Shown: positions 1 to 8,331 of the stretch, piece by piece
Position numbering within the stretch: position 1 is the first letter of the stretch
How the letters are laid out: every line of letters starts with the position of its first letter
Source: Dehalococcoidia bacterium
GTDB taxonomy: Bacteria; Chloroflexota; Dehalococcoidia; GIF9; AB-539-J10
Assembly (NCBI GenBank): GCA_030612025.1
Contig: JAUWOR010000004.1
Location: 76,358-140,357 of the forward strand
Reading direction: 5' to 3'
DNA length: 64,000 nt
Position numbers and translations under genes: made by a program
Notes under the pieces: generated by a model
Databases searched by the model: none
Seen by the model: the letters and a program-made list of their open reading frames with translations, nothing else
What the model was told of the DNA's origin: nothing

Positions 1-6
1 GGACGC

Positions 7-138
7 TCAGTCAAATTTGGCATGTATGCTATCGACCTTGTCTTGCAGTTCGATTGTCAGGCGAATTGCCTTAGCGTTTGGAATATTAAGATCAGAATGC
101 CTCTTTAATCGGTTATCTATAATATCATGTGTGGGCAT
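7..138 (-). pseudogene. Chimeric remnant: N-terminus of a PLD-SNF2-helicase-like protein fused to the C-terminal tail of a type ISP-like restriction-modification enzyme
   Basis: Hand translation MPTHDIIDNRLKRHSDLNIPNAKAIRLTIELQDKVDSIHAKFD*. MPTHDIIDNR resembles the start of RM-associated PLD/helicase proteins (recalled); the tail AIRLTIELQ recurs at 1390-1460. Confidence 0.5.
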
Positions 139-141
139 TGG

Positions 142-585
142 TCACTCCTGTAGCAGGTTTGGGTAGCTAGTGCGGAGCCATTTTACCACAGAAGCCCGGA
201 GATTCCCTGCCAGAATTACCATCTCTTTAACCTCCTGGTCAGATACCACCCCTGCCCGCTCATAGTCGCTGATGTTCCGTTTCTTTCGGAAACCATCAAA
301 TTGGGTAATCAGCCTGGCATCAGCCCTGATGGTATAGGCAAGCGACTGGATCACCCGATAGTGGTGGGCATCCCGTGCAGCACGGTAGCCAGCTGCGGCC
401 AGGGCTGCAGTCGCCATCTGGAGAGCAGCGTTATAGGCGATATTTAACTTCCAGTCCGGGCTCAACCCGGCTGTCTGGCAGTTATGTAGGTCGCGATCCG
501 CTACGCTCAGTAGGTCTGCAATCTCCTGAGGGCTAGTCTGGTGTTCGATCAGCCAGCCGTTTTTCAACCAGTCGTGCAAGCTCAT
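142..585 (-). CDS. HEPN-domain protein (partner of MNT, type VII-like toxin-antitoxin)
   Basis: About 147 aa helical protein with AYNAALQ and RKKRNISDY (RX4Y) motifs; overlaps the upstream MNT gene. Confidence 0.75.
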   Translation of the reverse strand: MSLHDWLKNGWLIEHQTSPQEIADLLSVADRDLHNCQTAGLSPDWKLNIAYNAALQMATAALAAAGYRAARDAHHYRVIQSLAYTIRADARLITQFDGFRKKRNISDYERAGVVSDQEVKEMVILAGNLRASVVKWLRTSYPNLLQE

Positions 586-1171
586 GTTCATCTCCAATTA
601 GATATATTTTACTCCCGCTCAAGACTGACTTGAGGAAATGATGTCCCTCGGTGATTTTACTTTTAAACTCGTCCGGGGGATACACTGTGGGATTGATTTC
701 CCGCCCCAGCGTCTCCTGGGCAAGGCTAAGTCTCTCAACGACTTCAGCGAATGTCACTTCGCCCACTACTAAGATGTCCACGTCACTGGATTGGTATTCT
801 GAGCCACGGGCTACGGAACCGTAGATTAGGGCAATCGAGATGTTGTCTACCAGTGGAGCCAGAGCAGACCGTAATATATCTCCAACCCCGGCCGTCTTGA
901 CCACGAAGCTTCTCAGCTCAGCAAAGATAGGACATTTGGGATTAGCCTGATAATAAACTTGCTTGCCTCTCACAGTCCGCCGGATAATTCCTGCAGCGGA
1001 AAGCTGTTTCAATTCCCTTTGTATAGCACCCAGGCCTGTGCCGGAGAAGCGGGCGATCTGACGCAGGTAAAAAGACTCATCGGCATGACTGTAAAGCAGG
1101 GACAGAATCGCCCGACGGGTCTTGCCAAACAGGGCTGCAGACAGATTATAGCTTTCAGTCATTGTACCCAT
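533..1171 (-). CDS. wHTH-fused minimal nucleotidyltransferase (MNT antitoxin)
   Basis: N-terminal wHTH (LRQIARFSGTGLGAIQRELKQL) plus YGSVARG...SDVDILV nucleotidyltransferase motif; start chosen at MGTMTES. Confidence 0.85.
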   Translation of the reverse strand: MGTMTESYNLSAALFGKTRRAILSLLYSHADESFYLRQIARFSGTGLGAIQRELKQLSAAGIIRRTVRGKQVYYQANPKCPIFAELRSFVVKTAGVGDILRSALAPLVDNISIALIYGSVARGSEYQSSDVDILVVGEVTFAEVVERLSLAQETLGREINPTVYPPDEFKSKITEGHHFLKSVLSGSKIYLIGDEHELARLVEKRLADRTPD

Positions 1172-1229
1172 TATGGGGACAATTGTACCCTTTTTAGTTA
1201 CGGTATTCAAGGCTCTCTTTTGGCTGCCT

Positions 1230-1335
1230 CACTCTCTTTGCCTTTGGCTCCAGGCGTTTGTATCCCTCACTAATTTGCTCCAGCGCTTCGCGGTTTGCGG
1301 TGTTGCCTATAAGGAGCTTGAGCTTTAATGCTCCC
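1230..1335 (-). pseudogene. Fragment of PLD-SNF2 helicase-like protein
   Basis: LKLLIGNTANREALEQISEGYKRLE resembles the N-terminal region of the same family whose start lies at 7-138; boundaries approximate. Confidence 0.45.
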
Positions 1336-1389
1336 TCGAGTTCTTTATGAGTAGGCTTTATAGTGGGTATGAAAGAGAGCAAAAACTAG

Positions 1390-1728
1390 CTAATCAAGCT
1401 TCGCATATTCACTATCAATCTTACCTTGCAACTCGATCGTGAGGCGGATTGCCTCGGCTGCCCTCATATAATGATTAATCTCATCCAGAGATAACTTCCG
1501 TCCCTTTCCATCCTTCAAAATGCCCTATAATGCCTCTGGCTTTTCAAGTGAAATAAGAACGCCTGCTTTACCCTGGAGCGGGAAAAGCTCAGAACACTCT
1601 TTAGCAAGCTCCTTTAAGGAGGGATAAAAGCTCTCCTCTCTAAAATTACCCGCCACATAAATCTTATGGATTTCCTTAAAGTAGCTAGTGAGAGTTCTCT
1701 CCAGTTTGCCTTTTTCTGCCTTTTTCAT
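1390..1728 (-). pseudogene. Internally deleted type ISP / N6-methylase restriction-modification gene (only N- and C-termini remain)
   Basis: 1525-1728 encodes YFKEIHKIY..NFREESFYPSLKEL (N-terminus-like); 1390-1518 encodes LKDGKGRKLSLDEINHYMRAAEAIRLTIELQGKIDSEYAKLD* (C-terminus-like); no methylase core in between. Confidence 0.6.
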
Positions 1729-1854
1729 TTGTTCCTTTTGCTTAAGGAAGCGATCATCTTGCCTAACATTCCACGATCAAAGGAAGTTGCCGAGGTAATT
1801 AAGGTGAAGGGTAGCAAGCTGCAAGTATGCTCTAACACAAAATTAGGCCTAAGA

Positions 1855-2661
1855 CTATGAAGATTCATCAGGGATTAGATTCTTCTTTGCATTTATTTGC
1901 TTTTCCCATTGTGCAAACCGAAGTTTTACTGCTTGGATATTATCTTTATCAAGCGGATTCATATGACAAACAACACATCGGGATTTATAAACTTCGTCGA
2001 CGAACTGCGTGAACCACTCCAAGGACGAAATGATATCTGGCACAACTTCTCTTTCTATCTTTCTCATAAGAGCCGATAATTGATTTAAATCGAGATAATC
2101 AATAGGACGAGCACCTCTTCTTTGATGCCAGGAGTTTCTTTTTTCATCAGCCATTCGCTTACTTACAGCATCCCTGAGCGGTTTAGGCGCTTCAGAATCC
2201 CACCAGTTGTTACCATATCGGGAAGTCATAACACGGTCAATAACCTGCCGAATTGAATTTTCTAGAATATATAGGAGAGGATATATCTCTGCCATCTCCT
2301 TTGCTTCTGAAATCTTTTTTTGCGGAAGGATAGGGTCGGCAACCTTGAATTCCTGACCACCTATTATAATAACCCCTTGCTTTCTTCTTAATTCCTCTTT
2401 TCTTTGTCGGGTTGCTTTGCTTACAGAAGGCAAAGTTTGAACTGGAGGAGAAATCTGTTGCAGAAGGACTCTGACATGATTGATGATCTCTTTATCAAGA
2501 TATTTGTCGATGATGATGCCTTCTTGCTGAGCAATTACATAAGTAGCATCTTCCGTAGTCATTGCATATCGTCTTTTTAATTTTTTGACTCGCTGAGAAA
2601 CAGCTTGGGGAGTGACCCCCAATTTTTCGAGCAGCGCCTTACGAAGTTGCCTGTTCGTCAT
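1855..2661 (-). CDS. N-terminal HTH plus Swt1-like HEPN domain protein (putative RNase effector)
   Basis: LGVTPQAVSQRVKKL HTH; YPLLYILENSIRQVI...YGNNWW...DYLDLNQL and an RX4H motif (RCVVCH, 1963-1980); start at MTNRQ overlaps the upstream gene. Confidence 0.75.
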   Translation of the reverse strand: MTNRQLRKALLEKLGVTPQAVSQRVKKLKRRYAMTTEDATYVIAQQEGIIIDKYLDKEIINHVRVLLQQISPPVQTLPSVSKATRQRKEELRRKQGVIIIGGQEFKVADPILPQKKISEAKEMAEIYPLLYILENSIRQVIDRVMTSRYGNNWWDSEAPKPLRDAVSKRMADEKRNSWHQRRGARPIDYLDLNQLSALMRKIEREVVPDIISSLEWFTQFVDEVYKSRCVVCHMNPLDKDNIQAVKLRFAQWEKQINAKKNLIPDESS

Positions 2662-2917
2662 TGGATTTGCCTTCTTCAAAAAGTCCTTCTGCCTTGCCTT
2701 TTCCACCCCTAGCTTTCTTTCTAATGTCAGACAAGGTGACGCTGACTGTGTTTGCAGTGGTTCCTAGTAGCTTGGCGATTTCTTTTGGTTGAAAACCAAC
2801 GCTGGAAAGGACTGCAATTCTATCCCTCTGGATTTGATCCCTCGTAGCAGTTAATGCTAGGAGCTTAGTAATGCGCTGGAGTTCTTGCAGGATTTCCTCT
2901 TCTTTGGAATCATTCAT
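2639..2917 (-). CDS. Small HTH protein (sigma-70 region 4 / LuxR-like)
   Basis: GFQPKEIAKLLGTTANTVSVTLSDIRKK; paralogous to 2914-3165; ATGA overlap. Confidence 0.75.
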   Translation of the reverse strand: MNDSKEEEILQELQRITKLLALTATRDQIQRDRIAVLSSVGFQPKEIAKLLGTTANTVSVTLSDIRKKARGGKGKAEGLFEEGKSNDEQATS

Positions 2918-3165
2918 TCCGCTCCCGCCTCCTCTGTAGCTTTTTCACCCTGCGATTTGCTTTTCTTTCTAGCTTCCGACAGCCGAACACTAACTGTGCC
3001 TGGAGTTGTCCCAACTATTTCAGCAATTAGGTTTGTATCTAGGCCTAAAGCACCAAGGGTTAAAATAGCCTCGGTTTTTCCCTTTCCCTCAATAGCCTTA
3101 TTTCCAAGCAGCCGAATTATAATATCAAGTTTTGTGTCGATTCTTTCAAGAATTTCTTCCGTCAT
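2914..3165 (-). CDS. Small HTH protein (paralogue of 2639-2917)
   Basis: GLDTNLIAEIVGTTPGTVSVRLSEARKK; AAGGAG ribosome-binding site upstream. Confidence 0.75.
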   Translation of the reverse strand: MTEEILERIDTKLDIIIRLLGNKAIEGKGKTEAILTLGALGLDTNLIAEIVGTTPGTVSVRLSEARKKSKSQGEKATEEAGAE

Positions 3166-3181
3166 TGGTCCACTCCTTTTA

Positions 3182-3221
3182 TCATCGGCAAAATCATCAT
3201 CTCATCGGCAAAGTCATCATC
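3182..3221. repeat. 20-bp tandem direct repeat (2 copies, 1 mismatch) inside the HTH operon
   Basis: tcatcggcaaaatcatcatc / tcatcggcaaagtcatcatc. Confidence 0.85.
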
Positions 3222-3239
3222 TTTTTCCTTCAGATTACC

Positions 3240-3659
3240 TTATTTTTGACTAACTTGATCGGTCTTTCGTCTTTTGGAGCGTTCCTTCTTGCCAGCAGCA
3301 ACTTCAATCCCAAACTCACCAAGCGACACAATTTTGCACCGGCGGCCTCGCACCTCTTTAGATTCTTCCACTATCCCTTCCCTTTGCCACTTGTCCCACC
3401 AGTTAGATACGGTATCTTTACTCACTCCAGTAATGGATTCAATCTGTCTTGTACCATTGTTACCCTCTGTGGCTTCAAAGACGCGCTTTTTGTCCTCAGA
3501 ATCCAGAATCGTTATTAGCCGATTTCTTATATTCTCATAATTAGCTAGCTTGGTGTAGATAATGAACTTATGTAACAAGGGTATGAAATCATCACCCTCC
3601 AGTTTCTGTCCGGATTGCTCTTGGCTAGCGGCGAGTCTTTCCCGCTTGCTTTCATTCAT
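3240..3659 (-). CDS. Winged-HTH protein
   Basis: TRQIESITGVSKDTVSNWWDKWQREGIVEES; AAAGGAGG RBS before MNESK. Confidence 0.75.
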   Translation of the reverse strand: MNESKRERLAASQEQSGQKLEGDDFIPLLHKFIIYTKLANYENIRNRLITILDSEDKKRVFEATEGNNGTRQIESITGVSKDTVSNWWDKWQREGIVEESKEVRGRRCKIVSLGEFGIEVAAGKKERSKRRKTDQVSQK

Positions 3660-3702
3660 AGTAATGCCTCCTTTACCCATAGCAGATGCCTTTTTGAAGT
3701 TT

Positions 3703-4020
3703 TTATACTTCCCATCTTTTTCGGTAAACCCTTTTCCCTTCTTTATCTTGCACTGATACGAGTCCTGCGCCCACTAGTGCCTTCAGGTGAAGAGAGACAT
3801 TCGGTTGGCTGGTTTTTAGCAACTTTGTGATTTCCCCAACACTTCTTCTTCCGTCCAACAGTTCGTAGATTTGTCTTTTAGTCGAATCCTTATTACCTAA
3901 TGATTGCTCGGCTCTTTCGCGTGCTAGCCGAAGCTGATCTTGATATACAAGCTCAAATTCGTCTAACAGACGTTGGAGAAGATCCCTTATTTCTGATAAA
4001 GTTTGTTCTTGACTATCCAT
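3703..4020 (-). CDS. ArsR-like winged-HTH protein
   Basis: RQIYELLDGRRSVGEITKLLKTSQPNVSLHLKALVGAGLV. Confidence 0.8.
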   Translation of the reverse strand: MDSQEQTLSEIRDLLQRLLDEFELVYQDQLRLARERAEQSLGNKDSTKRQIYELLDGRRSVGEITKLLKTSQPNVSLHLKALVGAGLVSVQDKEGKRVYRKRWEV

Positions 4021-4048
4021 AAGCAATTTTACTAATACTTACAATATT

Positions 4049-4077
4049 ATTATATACAATGCTAACTAAGATGTCAA
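4049..4077 (-). promoter_or_regulatory. Consensus sigma70/sigmaA promoter for the HTH-HEPN operon
   Basis: Minus strand TTGACA-N17-TATAAT, exact consensus. Confidence 0.8.
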
Positions 4078-4368
4078 ATCACGACGTTAAATTCAATCTT
4101 TTTGTAGACTTATGAGAACTTAGTAAATAAATTCTGACTAATATTTCTTCAGCCAATAACTTCTGTCTATTCAAGATAATTAGAGTTCGAGTGTAGTGCC
4201 GGCTTCCCCATCCAGGATTCAAACTTGCCCGTATATCAAACTATTCTCCGATGGAAAACGGTCTTATCTAGGAACTTGCTCTCTAGCCTTTAGTGGCAGA
4301 ACCAAATGCTATGTTTTATCTAGCTTAGTACAGTTTGTATGTTATGTCAACTTTATTATATAACAACC

Positions 4369-4472
4369 TCAGACATTCCCTAAGTCTTTCTTCAGTTCCT
4401 CAGTAGGATAATCGAAAACAGGAATTTTATGTTTCCCCAGGATTTCTACGAAGGCTCTTTTGGAATAACCAG
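4369..4472 (-). pseudogene. 3' remnant of a UPF0175-like antitoxin gene, copy 1
   Basis: Translates GYSKRAFVEILGKHKIPVFDYPTEELKKDLGNV*; about 90% identical (8 mismatches in 82 bp) to 5641-5722. Confidence 0.55.
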
Positions 4473-4507
4473 CAGGAGTGGAAGCTTGCCACCCGTATCT
4501 CATACAT

Positions 4508-4762
4508 TTAAGCTTCCTTCTCCACCTCCTTCACAACCTCCTCAAATAATCGCCCTCCAGTTATTCGAAACTCATTCTCAGCCTCCATCATGGCTTTTAG
4601 ATCCTCTTTATCCTCCAAAGCCTCCCTTTTTTCAAGCCACTCTCGGAATGCCTCGATAGTGATTTCTCGAATCGATTTACCTCGCTCGATAGCAGCAATC
4701 TTTATCGCTTTAAGGAGTTCCTCACTTCCTAAATCTACAGTTATTCGCGTTCCTTTAGCCAT
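4508..4762 (-). CDS. Ribbon-helix-helix antitoxin-like protein (orphan)
   Basis: RITVDLGSEELLKAIKIAAIERGKSIREI with acidic C-terminus; GGAGGTG RBS; followed by a truncated MYEIRV start. Confidence 0.65.
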   Translation of the reverse strand: MAKGTRITVDLGSEELLKAIKIAAIERGKSIREITIEAFREWLEKREALEDKEDLKAMMEAENEFRITGGRLFEEVVKEVEKEA

Positions 4763-4977
4763 ACTCACCTCCTTCGCTTGCATTATAGCATAAAGACATA
4801 AAAATGAGTAACTGCTATGCAAAAGTTATTTCATCTAAAAGGGTTCCAATTCTTCGGCAACCATTTCTGGTGAGGTATCGATGACCCACGCATCATATAG
4901 CCTCTCAAGTGGGCCAGTATCGTCGGTGTAGATTCCGCTGGGATATGGTCGAGATATGAGCTTGATATTTAGGCTCA

Positions 4978-5223
4978 TTATGTCCTGTCATAAGCTTTCA
5001 AAAATTCGTCTCTGGATATTCCAGCTTGTGCACATATTGTTCTTAGTGTTGAACTTTTGATCCTCGGATGGTTAGGCATCGTCAAAGGCGTTCTACTTCC
5101 ATCGGGATTTTCACGTACCATGGCAATGTGCTCCTTTTCTCTAACAAACTCGAAACCAAGAAGTCCAAAAGCCTTTATTACTCGCCTCTTAGGAACATCA
5201 ACCGGGAACTTTCTCTCAAACAT
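4978..5223 (-). CDS. hicA: HicA-family toxin
   Basis: 81 aa; GFEFVREKEHIAM...LTMPNH...TLRTICAQAGIS. Confidence 0.8.
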   Translation of the reverse strand: MFERKFPVDVPKRRVIKAFGLLGFEFVREKEHIAMVRENPDGSRTPLTMPNHPRIKSSTLRTICAQAGISRDEFLKAYDRT

Positions 5224-5443
5224 TTACCCCCGTTTCAGTAATGAAAGCCTCAAGAACGGGGGGCTCTGATTCAATTACTTCTTTACCAAAGGTCTCGATA
5301 TGAAACCGGATAGCTGATTTCACATCTGACACAGCTTCTTCATAAGTATCCCCTTGCCCTACCACGATGCCTTTCAAGCCCAGGGGATATGCGACATACC
5401 CATCGGGGGTTTTTTCCACTACAATTTTAAACTGATGTACCAT
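5216..5443 (-). CDS. hicB: HicB-family antitoxin (short)
   Basis: GYVAYPLGLKGIVVGQGDTYEEA; overlaps hicA. Confidence 0.8.
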   Translation of the reverse strand: MVHQFKIVVEKTPDGYVAYPLGLKGIVVGQGDTYEEAVSDVKSAIRFHIETFGKEVIESEPPVLEAFITETGVNV

Positions 5444-5600
5444 AATTTACCTCCTGGATTTACGTCCTTGGCATTTTTAAGGAAGCAAGCTCAATCATGC
5501 TCTTGCATTGCCAATTATAGCACTACTAGTGCAAATTTTGTGGTGGAGGGTAAAGCTATATTTTTATCTTGGATGAGCAGCTTTTATTGGTATGTCAAAT

Positions 5601-5722
5601 TCATTGCGTATAATAACCTGCGGCATTCTCTAACTCTTTTTTCAGTTCCTCGGCAGGATAGTTGAAAACAGGAATTTTATGTTTTCCCAGGATTTCTGCG
5701 AAGGCTCTTTTAGGATAACCAG
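5601..5722 (-). pseudogene. 3' remnant of a UPF0175-like gene, copy 2
   Basis: GYPKRAFAEILGKHKIPVFNYPAEELKKELENA; direct repeat of 4391-4472. Confidence 0.55.
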
Positions 5723-5915
5723 TGTGGCACCCAGATTTTAATTTAATAGCCCCTCTATTTCCCGTTTGATGCTTTGGTTAAGTTTTTCAGGCAAGGGGGG
5801 ATTTTGTCTCAGCTAAAAGATTATAGAAGGTAGTCCTTAGGATGGCCACTTTTTGAATAAGGGGGGATATAGCAAAAGTTCATTGAAGTCGATCTTAAGA
5901 AGTAAGATGGCTCTT

Positions 5916-6260
5916 TTAGCAAGTCAGGTGCAAAGCCGCTATAACCTGCTCTTCCGCTTGAGATTTTTCGTTGTAGATTTTAGATGCTTTATCAGTTGGC
6001 TCCGCTATTAGTTCTATATTATTGGACTTCAAGAATTCCTTTACCTCCTGTTTAACTTCAACATAACCAAAAGCTCCGGTTCCAACTATTAAAACCTTCG
6101 GCGCAGCTTCAATGATTCCCTTCATATCTTCCATATTCAGCTCGTGTCCTTCTTTACGCCACCAACCACTATTAACCTTGTTGGGAAAGACAATAACATC
6201 GCTCGTATATTTCTTACCGTTTATCACTACCTCTCCAAAGGAATAAAAATCAATACGCAT
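5916..6260 (-). CDS. Mth938-like (DUF498) protein
   Basis: YSFGEVVINGKKYTSDVIV...WWRKEGH...GTG...AALHLTC. Confidence 0.85.
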   Translation of the reverse strand: MRIDFYSFGEVVINGKKYTSDVIVFPNKVNSGWWRKEGHELNMEDMKGIIEAAPKVLIVGTGAFGYVEVKQEVKEFLKSNNIELIAEPTDKASKIYNEKSQAEEQVIAALHLTC

Positions 6261-6363
6261 ACTTTCCTCCCTGGTTTGGCTTTTAAGCTTATCATACCAG
6301 CCTGATTACCTATTTTTGAAGCACAAACCAATTGTGTAATGCTCTATAATATGTTGTAAGTGT

Positions 6364-7062
6364 ATGTCATCAGATTTAGCCAAGCGGATTGAAGCCCTAG
6401 CTCAATGGATGTTTGAAGCAAGGCATCTGGTTGTCTTCACCGGTGCCGGCATAAGCACGGAATCAGGTTTGCCTGATTTCCGCGGGCCCGATGGCATCTG
6501 GACACGCCAGGCAAAAGGACTCCCTCCAAAGGCAAGACCATTTGGCTCTGTAGAGCCTAATGCGGGGCACATGGCTATTGTGGAGCTACAGAAACTGGGC
6601 AAGCTGAGTTTTCTTATCTCGCAAAATGTGGACAATCTTCACTTGAGGTCCGGAATACGCCCTGATTTACTGGCAGAGTTACATGGCAATATCACCAAGT
6701 TGCGGTGCACTCGCTGTGAAGCTGAAGTGGATAAATCTGCCGGGCTGAGGAGATGCTCTTGTGGAGGCAGACTGGTTTCCAGTGTGGTTAACTTTGGTCA
6801 GCCCTTGCCTCGAAAGGCACTGGCAGATTCCTATTGGCATTCGGAAAACTGTGCCCTTTTCATAGTCGCTGGCTCAAGCCTCGTGGTCACTCCGGCCGCT
6901 GACATGCCTAGAGTGGCTCTGAAATCAGGAGCCAGGCTGGTGATTATCAATCAAGGTGAAACGCCATTCGACCGGGTTGCTCATCTGAGATTCTGGGAAG
7001 GGATAGGAGAAGTCTTACCTCCAGCAGTGGCTCAGTTAAAGGAACTCATGAGAGTATCTTGA
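6364..7062 (+). CDS. cobB: Sir2-family NAD-dependent protein deacylase
   Basis: TGAGISTESGLPDFRG, SQNVDNLH, ELHGN, Zn-binding Cys pairs. Confidence 0.9.
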   Translation: MSSDLAKRIEALAQWMFEARHLVVFTGAGISTESGLPDFRGPDGIWTRQAKGLPPKARPFGSVEPNAGHMAIVELQKLGKLSFLISQNVDNLHLRSGIRPDLLAELHGNITKLRCTRCEAEVDKSAGLRRCSCGGRLVSSVVNFGQPLPRKALADSYWHSENCALFIVAGSSLVVTPAADMPRVALKSGARLVIINQGETPFDRVAHLRFWEGIGEVLPPAVAQLKELMRVS

Positions 7063-8209
7063 TTGGGCTGTTTCCCAGATGGGAAGTTATCTTACTCAAA
7101 AGCTTATCCACTCCCCAGCCTTTGGTGGCGGAGATAAGGGCTATGTTTTTATCAGGCAGCACGATTTGTTCCTTAAGACAAGGAACAGCAGTCAGGATTT
7201 CTAGCTCCCCTTCACTGCTCAGGGCTAAGTCTAATTTGTTGAACACTGTGATTCTAGGCTTGTCTTTAAGGTTTAGCTCGTCAAGGATTTCCTCTACTGT
7301 GCAGCACTGATTAGCGGCGTTTTTATGCGTTATGTCAACCATATGCAGGAGTAAGTTGGCTTCACCAAGCTCCTCCAGCGTGGCTCGAAAGGCGGCAATG
7401 ATTGATGACGGCAGTTTTTGAATAAAGCCTACAGTGTCAGTCATCAAGAATTGCTGACTGTTGGGTAAGTTCAAACGGCGAGTTACTGGGTCGAGGGTAG
7501 AAAAAAGCTTGTCTTCTACAACTACACCAGCCTGGCTTAAGGCGTTAAATAAGGTGCTTTTGCCAGCATTAGTATAGCCAACAAGGGCTACAATTGGCAT
7601 TCCTATTTTCTTGCGTTGCTTTCTATAAAGAGCTCTGTGCTGTCTTACCTCTTCTATTTCATGTTGCAGACGATTGATGCGCTTATGAATAAGGCGGCGG
7701 TCAGTTTCTAATTGCGATTCGCCAGGACCTCTGGTGCCGATACCGCCACCAAGTCGCTCTAAATGGCTCCACTGACCCACAAGCCTTGGCAGAAGGTATT
7801 GGTGCTGAGCTAACTCAACTTGAAGCTGTCCTTCATGGGTTCGAGCTTGTTTGGCAAATATGTCCAAAATGAGGGCTGTGCGGTCAATAACCTTGACCTG
7901 TAATAATTCTTCCAGGTTTCTTTGCTGCCGCGGTGATAGCTCATCATCAAAAATCACTGTGTTGTATTGAGTTTGCTCTTTGAGGCTAATTAGCTCGGCA
8001 ATCTTTCCCTTGCCGATATAATAAGTAGGTGAAGGCGCTTTTAGTTTCTGGGTAAACATACCTACCACATTGGCGCCGGCTGTCCTGGCTAGATAAGATA
8101 ATTCCTGTAGAGAATCAACAGCTGACCAACCATGGTTAGAGGCCTTGCTCTCTACTCCTACCAGGAATGCTTGCTCCTCAGTTTGGGTAGCGAAAAGCTC
8201 CTGCTTTAT
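7046..8209 (-). CDS. hflX: GTPase HflX (probable ATA start)
   Basis: GTRGPGE, GYTNAGKS, DTVGF, NKLD; GGAGG RBS 6 nt before in-frame ATA at 8209; the longer TTG ORF runs into a repeat. Confidence 0.93.
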   Translation of the reverse strand: MKQELFATQTEEQAFLVGVESKASNHGWSAVDSLQELSYLARTAGANVVGMFTQKLKAPSPTYYIGKGKIAELISLKEQTQYNTVIFDDELSPRQQRNLEELLQVKVIDRTALILDIFAKQARTHEGQLQVELAQHQYLLPRLVGQWSHLERLGGGIGTRGPGESQLETDRRLIHKRINRLQHEIEEVRQHRALYRKQRKKIGMPIVALVGYTNAGKSTLFNALSQAGVVVEDKLFSTLDPVTRRLNLPNSQQFLMTDTVGFIQKLPSSIIAAFRATLEELGEANLLLHMVDITHKNAANQCCTVEEILDELNLKDKPRITVFNKLDLALSSEGELEILTAVPCLKEQIVLPDKNIALISATKGWGVDKLLSKITSHLGNSPIKILS

Positions 8210-8231
8210 TTGTTCCCTCCTGTTTACCCTG

Positions 8232-8331
8232 AGGCTGTTTAATTTTGATTTCTCGTTCAAATTTTTGTAGTTGCCTGATTTATCAGGCAGAAGCGCCCAA
8301 TAAATTGGGCAACTACATTTCTAAACAGCCT
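8232..8331. mobile_element. MITE/REPIN-like element family A (GGCTGTTT termini, internal GTAG palindromes)
   Basis: aggctgttt...tgtagttgcctgatttatcaggca...gcccaataaattgggcaactaca...aaacagcct; related copies at 15575, 18349 and 38560. Confidence 0.8.

Noticed and set aside
4835-4978. 47-aa ORF downstream of hicA
   Set aside because: No recognisable motif; cannot distinguish a fragment from chance.
6364-7062. Sir2 protein as an anti-phage NADase
   Set aside because: It has the full CobB-type deacylase motifs with a Zn domain and no defence partner, so it looks housekeeping.
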